Origin: Lingula anatina
Lineage: Eukaryota > Animalia > Brachiopoda
DNA length: 64,000 nucleotides
Direction of reading: 5' to 3'
Assembly (NCBI GenBank): GCA_051362555.1
Contig: CM120642.1
Location: 17,980,001 to 18,044,000 of the forward strand
In this document: positions 50,926-64,000 of the stretch, piece after piece
How the letters are laid out: every line of letters starts with the position of its first letter
Numbering within the stretch: position 1 is the first letter of the stretch
Position numbers and translations under genes: made by a program
Notes under the pieces: model-generated
What the model was told of the DNA's origin: nothing
The model's input: only the letters and a program-made list of their open reading frames with translations
The model's database searches: none

Positions 50926-53815
50926 CATTTCCATTTATGAGAAGAACTAATGGGAAATCACTATTTAATTCCTCCCTGCAGCTGTATCAGGAAGGCTTGG
51001 TGATGGGAAGCAAGGAGCAGGCAAACTATGAAGAGTTGAACAAAAGAGCTTGTCAAGCCGAAACTCTCAGGGACGAAGCTGTCATTAAGCTGGAGTCTCT
51101 GCAGGGGAATGTGAAGAGAATGGAGATGAAGTATGTTATTAAGCAAATGAGTGAATGTTTTTAGTCATTCAGTAGAATTAGAATGAAAAATGTGTATAAA
51201 TGTCATTGAATCTGGTGATCAGTCCATCCAGGCCATTATGTAGTGAACGGTCTCAGGTTGATAATGAATGTTGGTTAGTTGCTAATTGTAAGTCCCACAA
51301 TTTGAATTATACACATTTCTTATATGTTATGCATCACTTAGTGTTTCACTCTATCTCTTTTATGTGTATAAGATAAAAAAGCATTGTAAGTTCATTTGTT
51401 ATTTTCTAAAATAATGAACTTGCTTAAATTGATAAGTGCACCGCCTGAGTCAGTTTTAATATTGAAGGATTTGAATATTTCTTATGAGGTCTGTGGTTTT
51501 TAGATAAATCTTAATATGTTTAATTTTTCAGTCACATTCAGGAAAAATCACAACTTCAAATGCAAATTGATCAGCTACGTGAGCGTGTGACAACAATGTC
51601 ACAAGAATTTGAAGATGTCAACCAAGAGCGTATGAAACTGCTCGACGAAACTGACAAGTTGAAAAGAAAAATGCAGCAGGCACAGAAAGAAAAAGAAGCT
51701 GCAGATAGGAAATGTAGCAAAGAGGTGATTAATTTATATATATATTATGAGAGATTTTTTATGTGAACTGTGTGGGATTGGATGTGAAGGGATTTTTTTG
51801 GAGGGAAGTGGGGAGGAGAGAGGGTTATATAATTTAAAATGTTCATTTGAAGGTAGGATAAAAGACTTCTTACATCTTCATAATTATTAATAAAAAATCA
51901 GGGCTCTCAGTTAACAGTCTAATTTATTTGAAAGTTCACGTGGATTATAGTCATCCACGCATAATTTTTTTTCTTAAATGACTAATAATAAATACTTTGA
52001 AATAAATAGGATATTTATGATACTTTTTGGTTTATTCGGAGATAAAATGTTCATTTTTTTTTTCATTTTCTACAGCTTACCTTACGAGATCAGGAGCAGC
52101 TGATGAAGGAGCGTGAGTGCGAAGTGCGCATGCAGAGCATGGAAGATGCACACAGACAGTCCACCAAAGAACTCAGGAATATGCTGTTACAGCAACAGAG
52201 AATGGGGGCCAAGTGAGTAAAAAAGAAAAATGATTTTGTAATTAATCAGTAGTAAGGAAAAAGAAAAAAAAAAAATAAATAAGCAGTTGATCAAAAAACC
52301 AAAAAACAGAGTATAAGGTGTTAGAATTTAAATAAAGGACATTTGAAACATTGCTATGAATTTGTTGTCACTTTTTACATTTGCTTAATAGAATTGGGGA
52401 ATTTTGTCTAATAATGGTAAAAAGTGTCCTAATCATTTCGCATTTAAAATTAATAATTTAAAACTAATTGCTGTAGATGGAAAGAAGAATGCCAAGCAAT
52501 CAGCCAAAAATTTGAAGGCAAAATAACAGATCTGCGAGATGAAAATGGCCGTTTGAAGCGCAGAGCAGAGGAGCTGACTAGGCTCCTGGAAGAGTGCAAA
52601 GAAAAAACTGTACAGGTATTTGATTCAGATATGATCTACTTGTTTAAAGTATTGCTCACATCTCAAGACCTGGATGGTGCATATTACCATAATTTTTTAA
52701 AAAGAAAAGTTAGAGAGGTGCTTCAGGAGGTTCTACCCACCCATTTTCCTTGTATGTATTTGCTAAAAGATTGATTTTGGTTTTTAAGTGAGACAGGCTA
52801 TTTTGAAATGTGACCAGAGTCAGCCATTCCAGATATTCATTGAACCAGTTGGTAAATAATTAAAAATTAAATACTATTAGGTTAATTACTTATTTAGGAC
52901 AATCGCTTAGATTAACCAATTGGTCATTTTAGGCAGAAAACCTTGTTATAGAGTATACCAACAATATTAAGAAGATGGAGAATCGTGTGAGAGACGCAGA
53001 GTCACGAGCCCAAGATGCTGCTACACAGGTGACTGTAAAAATATGAAGTGACTTAAACACTTCAGAATAAAACTAAATACGCCACTGAAGTTAAATTGAA
53101 TTAATCTGTGATTGGTCACATGGACAATATTTAAAGAACAGAGAATTTTTTTTTAATGTTTGAGATGTTCTGAAATTTCATGATTATTATTATTATTATA
53201 TATTCATTTTGTGCTAGATTGAACTGTCTTCCTCCAACATACATAGTACATATTATCCATTGATACTTTTTTTTTGTGATGCCTGCAAGTCATTTGTATG
53301 GTCATTGATCTTTAATTTATAATATGGTACCTGCAGCAGTTTATAAAATTTCATTAATTTGCCAGGTATCCAAGCAATTGGCTAGAGAACGTAGGATGAG
53401 GCAAGAAAGACGCTTCCTGGCCAGTGAACTGGACAGGTCACAGTCAGGACATCCAGGGGTCAGGTAGGTGGTGTGAGCACTGGGCTGGACGGGTCAGCAT
53501 CCACACATCTAGAAGTTAAGTCTGTATTCAGCTGGACACTAGTTGGTCTGTAACCCAATAGGCCATGCACGCATTGCTTGAGATTCTCATTGCCAATGAA
53601 ATAGTCACACGTGATACAGAGTACATTTAATGGATGAATTTCTTTATGTTTTCTAAAAATCCTTAGCAGTCTTTAATTTTTTATCTTCTTGCAGGTTCCA
53701 AGCACCACTGTTAATGTCAGACTTGGCATCTAATGGTCAGTCTGGCCGTGTGTCCCGAGAGGACTCCCAGTCCGAGCACAGTGACCATAGTCTACCCCTA
53801 TCTCATGGCCGATAG
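45286..53815 (+). CDS. SCLT1: Sodium channel and clathrin linker 1 (centriolar distal appendage coiled-coil protein)
   Basis: Start MASEEMSFLRDQVRRLND, like vertebrate MAAEIDFLREQNRRLN; exons encode LLSPLVVEYD, AENALLEKDQ, QLERAIREKRAVESELEK and QQRMGAKWKEE; about 21 short coiled-coil exons; stop TAG 53813-53815. Confidence 0.88.
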
Positions 53816-56231
53816 CCTCTCTTAAATCAGGAGGTCAACTATCACTGGACATTCTTCCTGGTCTCTTTCTTCCATCTAGATACCGTTTGTTCATTGTAAA
53901 TGATCTATTGTGATGAATGCTTAAGCCTACTACTGACCTAAGTTGATAGATACAGGCATAACTGTTATTCATTACTTTTTTTTGTGTTTTACCGATACAA
54001 AAAATCATTGGGTCATAATTTTATATTTTAAAGTACTGTTAACATTTTTTGTCTGTTTATAGGGCTTCATTCTTCCTGTACATGTCTGATATTATGATTA
54101 TCAAAAAAGGACTACATTCACATAATTATTGAATAATTTTTTTAACAGAGGTGTAAAACTTGCAATAAAACTGTATTATTGCACATTTTGCTGATTTTTT
54201 ACATATTTGCAGAATTACTGAAGTTCACGAGAAAAAAAAATCACGTGAAGTTTACTAAATGATTAAAATGTTTGAGGTAAATTGGTCATGAAGAAACATG
54301 CGCTGAAAAGTTTATTGTCCACTCTTTATCTCAGAGGTGTTGTGCAGAACAAAATTGAATTCTGATTGTCGTAAAATTTAAGTAAAATTAACACAAAACA
54401 GTTTTACCTTCTAGGCTAGTAAGTTTATTACTTGATTTGGTATGTTCCACATGCGGTGTGATATTAATCTAGAATAATATGCTCTGTACACAACTTATTC
54501 ACTATTACTACATTAAAATAACATAAATTATACCTCATGAGGATTTGATGAATCTAGCACCAGTATAATTCATATCAGAATCTCCAGTTTAATTTTCCAT
54601 TTTTTTCTTTCGTCAAGTAATAGGATCTGCTTAGTCCTTTTAAAGTCTTCATAGAGGCAGTATTAATGAGATCTACTTTTGAAAATGACAATCTTGTATT
54701 AATGACCTGCAAATGAATCCTCAACTTCACAATTTATATTCTTCTCTTTTATATAACAAAGATGGTGTTTAGTTAATTATATAATGGTCTGCAAGAGGCC
54801 ATCACAACATGCTAACAAGTCTATAGGTTTCCCTGCCTGCAGAGGATCTACCACTAATAAGACAATCATGAAGTCTTGTTCATAAGTTATAAATTTATCT
54901 ATCTTGGTTGAAAAAATTTTCAATTTCTATCCTGTTTGTTTCACTTCATCTTCATTTGCTAAATGATATCTTGCAAGGGGTTTGCTTGCTAAATTCTTAA
55001 TTTGCTCATTTCACTGAACCCTGACTGCTGAAACATTTCTAGAATTAATCAGTATTATCATTCTTGCTTTTGCCATACAGTAAAAAAAATGTGTACAGTT
55101 GTCAATCAGTGAATATCAATAAGAATTCTAGGATAACTAAAGCCCTGTAATTTATTATATATTTTTTTTCATTTGCAGAGGTACTTATTTATCAAATGCA
55201 GTTGCACAACCCTGTTTGACAAAGCAACATCCTCAGTTTCATATTCCAATATTATCTTTATCTAAAAAATATAATTGTTCAAAATCTTTGCGGTAACCAG
55301 CAACCAGGCAAATTACAATACGTGTATCACACCTCTCACAACAAGATGGGTGGATAAGACATTTTAAGCATGATTTAACAACGATTCATATTTCAAATGG
55401 AAATAATGAGCAGTAATTAACTTGGGCAGTTTGACAAAAAGGAGTTCTGGCAATAACTTGCCTTGTGTTTACAAATGCCATAAGAAATGCAATCAGGAAA
55501 CTCAGTGCACAAAATTTTAAACTGACATCAGTTTTACAAATAAATGGTACAGACACTGACAATAGTAAGCAAACGTACACAAGATAAATGGAATGAAATA
55601 AATAGCATCCAAAATGCAAATTTGGAAAAAATGTCAACATTTTAAGATCAGTTGTGAAACTTGGTAGTGACTGAAAAAAGGATCGGAAGAAAACTATAAT
55701 ACAAATAATAAGTGGGCAACAGAGACATACATAACAAAATAACGAGCCAAATATTGAATTGGCAATATATTGCATTAAGCATACAATTAAATCTTTTGAA
55801 GGACAGAACATAAAACAAAAATCCCCACAGCCTCAATTTGATGGTTTTTGCTTTAAACACATAAAACCAACACCCTTTCAACAATAAATGCAAACAGATT
55901 CCATCATTTTAGTTTGCTTTCTTTCATCAAGTATACTGTAAATCTTATTTTGCTCTTTTATCAAAAATGAACACCAAGTAGTATATAAATTCTGTTAATT
56001 GATGCTGCAAAAACATACTTATCTTCAAAAGTTTCTTCAAAGTATAACTGTTGTCATTTTTTTTTTAATTACTTACAGTCACTAAAATGTGACTATAAAA
56101 AGTCATGCTATGCTACAAAATATAGAAGTATAGTTATAATTTAGCTCCCTAGAGTTAAGTCCCCAGCCCTAGAACTTGGTCTAATTTGTTGCTCAACCAA
56201 TTTTGTGAAGTCCACCATCAGAACATACCCA

Positions 56232-57397
56232 TTAGCATCCACACATATCTTTCTCATTTTCACTCTCTCTCGACTGGCTAAGCCTTCTGCCATCCCTGGA
56301 CTTTCCGACATTTATCACCCTGTTTTTCACCATACCAGCCAATTTAGGTGACATCATCGGCTTCGAATTCTTCAGTTTGTGAGCAAGGGTCATAAAGATG
56401 GCATCAACGTGGTCACAGGCTGAGTCATCTTTGGCCGATGTTTCAAACAGGGGCATGTTGTGACTGTCCGCAAATTTCTGAGCCACATTTGTGGCAATCT
56501 GAGCTTTGTCTCTCATATCACACTTGTTGCCAACGAGAATGCGAGGAATGTCAGTATTCAGGTGATGGCGGTCACATTCGTCCACCCAAGAGGGCATGTT
56601 TTCAAAGGAAGATGCCTTGGTGACATCGTACACAAAGACCACTGCGTGCACATTGCGATAGTAGTGCTGGACCATGCTCTTGCGAAATCTCTCCTGGCCT
56701 GCGGTGTCCCACAGCTGTAGCTGGAAAGTTTATAAATATGAAAGTTATAATAAGCAATGAAGTCAACCTGATATTGGATTATTCTGAAAAATTGAATAGT
56801 AAATTAACCTTTGTCTGAGCATGTAAGAAAAATTCTAACTTACATGCTAGTAATAGCACAGTACGATCGTCACAATGAATCAACCCTTGTTCAGCATATA
56901 ACTTATAATTCTAACTGACTTACTGTACTAGTACTAGCAGTACAGTACGTAGCACTACAGTACAATAACATTAGCTAATTACACATGACAGTCAAGTTTC
57001 TAGTCTGATCTAATTATAACAAGTTCATACTCTGGAATTAGCACTATGGAACTGACAGTGATGGCGCATACTCTGCATACCAATGTGAATTTGGTTGGTG
57101 AAGCAGGTAGAAGGGGGGGGGGGTGTTTACCTTTATTGATTCCCCGTCAATCTCTAATGTCCGTTCACGGAAATCAACTCCTATAGTTGCTTCAGTCTTT
57201 TCAGGAAATTTGCCTGAGCAAAACCTGTACGTGAGACACGTTTTGCCGACATTTGAGTCCCCTATGACAATGATTTTGAATATCCTCTTTTGTGACTTTT
57301 TCTCGACGATGACTGTTGTTGACGTCTCGAAAACCTCTGTAGTACCGGAGGTATTTCTGGGTGCCTCTGTCTTGGCTTCGCCGTCTTCTTGACTCAT
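56232..57397 (-). CDS. RAB33B: Ras-related protein Rab-33 (251 aa, two exons)
   Basis: Exons 57397-57131 and 56720-56232; [39 protein letters not shown] (Rab33 signature), NKCD, ETSAK, C-terminal CGC prenylation motif. Confidence 0.95.
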
Positions 57398-57838
57398 ATT
57401 GTCGTTTGCACTGTAGGTATCTACATAAAATTTACCATAAAATAGCAAAGATATTTACAAAATTCCAACGTCAGTGCTATTCGATACGTGCACAAAATTA
57501 CTTTTTAAATATAGTGATATCTGCGCGTACAAGCTTGTAGAAATACCTTTGTCTACAGGCGCGCGTTATACCCTCCTTTACAACTTGTGTTTTTGTATTT
57601 ACAAATAAAGATAAATTAACCTTGATGCCCCCAAATAATTTTGTAAATAATGATCTATTCAAAATATTGAACACTTGTGGTTTGAAGTTTACTTTATTAG
57701 TCTCACATTTTGGCAAATCTCGTGAATACGAGATTGTCATTCCAGGTCGGCCATATTGACCAAGTACCACGAGGTTCCAAAGTTACCTTCAGTGAACCTG
57801 GCTTGGACTGTCAGCGGATGTAGAGCTATATATTCAAG
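57398..57838. promoter_or_regulatory. Bidirectional promoter RAB33/NAA15
   Basis: Divergent ATGs about 440 bp apart; local CpG/GCGCGC enrichment. Confidence 0.65.

Positions 57839-64000
<6,162 letters not shown>

Noticed and set aside
55386-55893. 141-aa and 81-aa hydrophobic minus-strand ORFs
   Set aside because: They lie in the presumed T-rich RAB33 3' UTR; composition explains the hydrophobic translation.
57398-57448. N-terminal extension of RAB33 suggested by the ORF track
   Set aside because: Starts at TTG; the first ATG at 57397 gives a normal-length Rab33.

Overview
AT-rich, intron-dense animal DNA, probably from an invertebrate; no prokaryotic signal. Left end (1 to about 8.8 kb): the 3' part of a DNA transposon whose 14-exon DDE transposase I read as DUF6729/Dada-like, followed inside the element by a ~300-nt CpG-rich segment that folds by eye into a closed multibranch RNA, a tRNA-like relic and palindromic subterminal motifs. 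About 10-14 kb: a decayed, internally duplicated locus built from exon-like modules carrying a 52-bp repeat. Then six host genes: an unnamed 4-exon KASH-tail (TM + ...GPPPT) protein (-), a single-exon Toll-like receptor (-), CCDC22 (-) head-to-head with SCLT1 (+), and RAB33 (-) head-to-head with NAA15 (+, runs off the window). Small MITEs, palindromes, local duplications and microsatellites are scattered throughout. The best candidate for an undescribed system is the structured RNA carried downstream of the transposase. All calls were made by eye, with no searches or folding programs.
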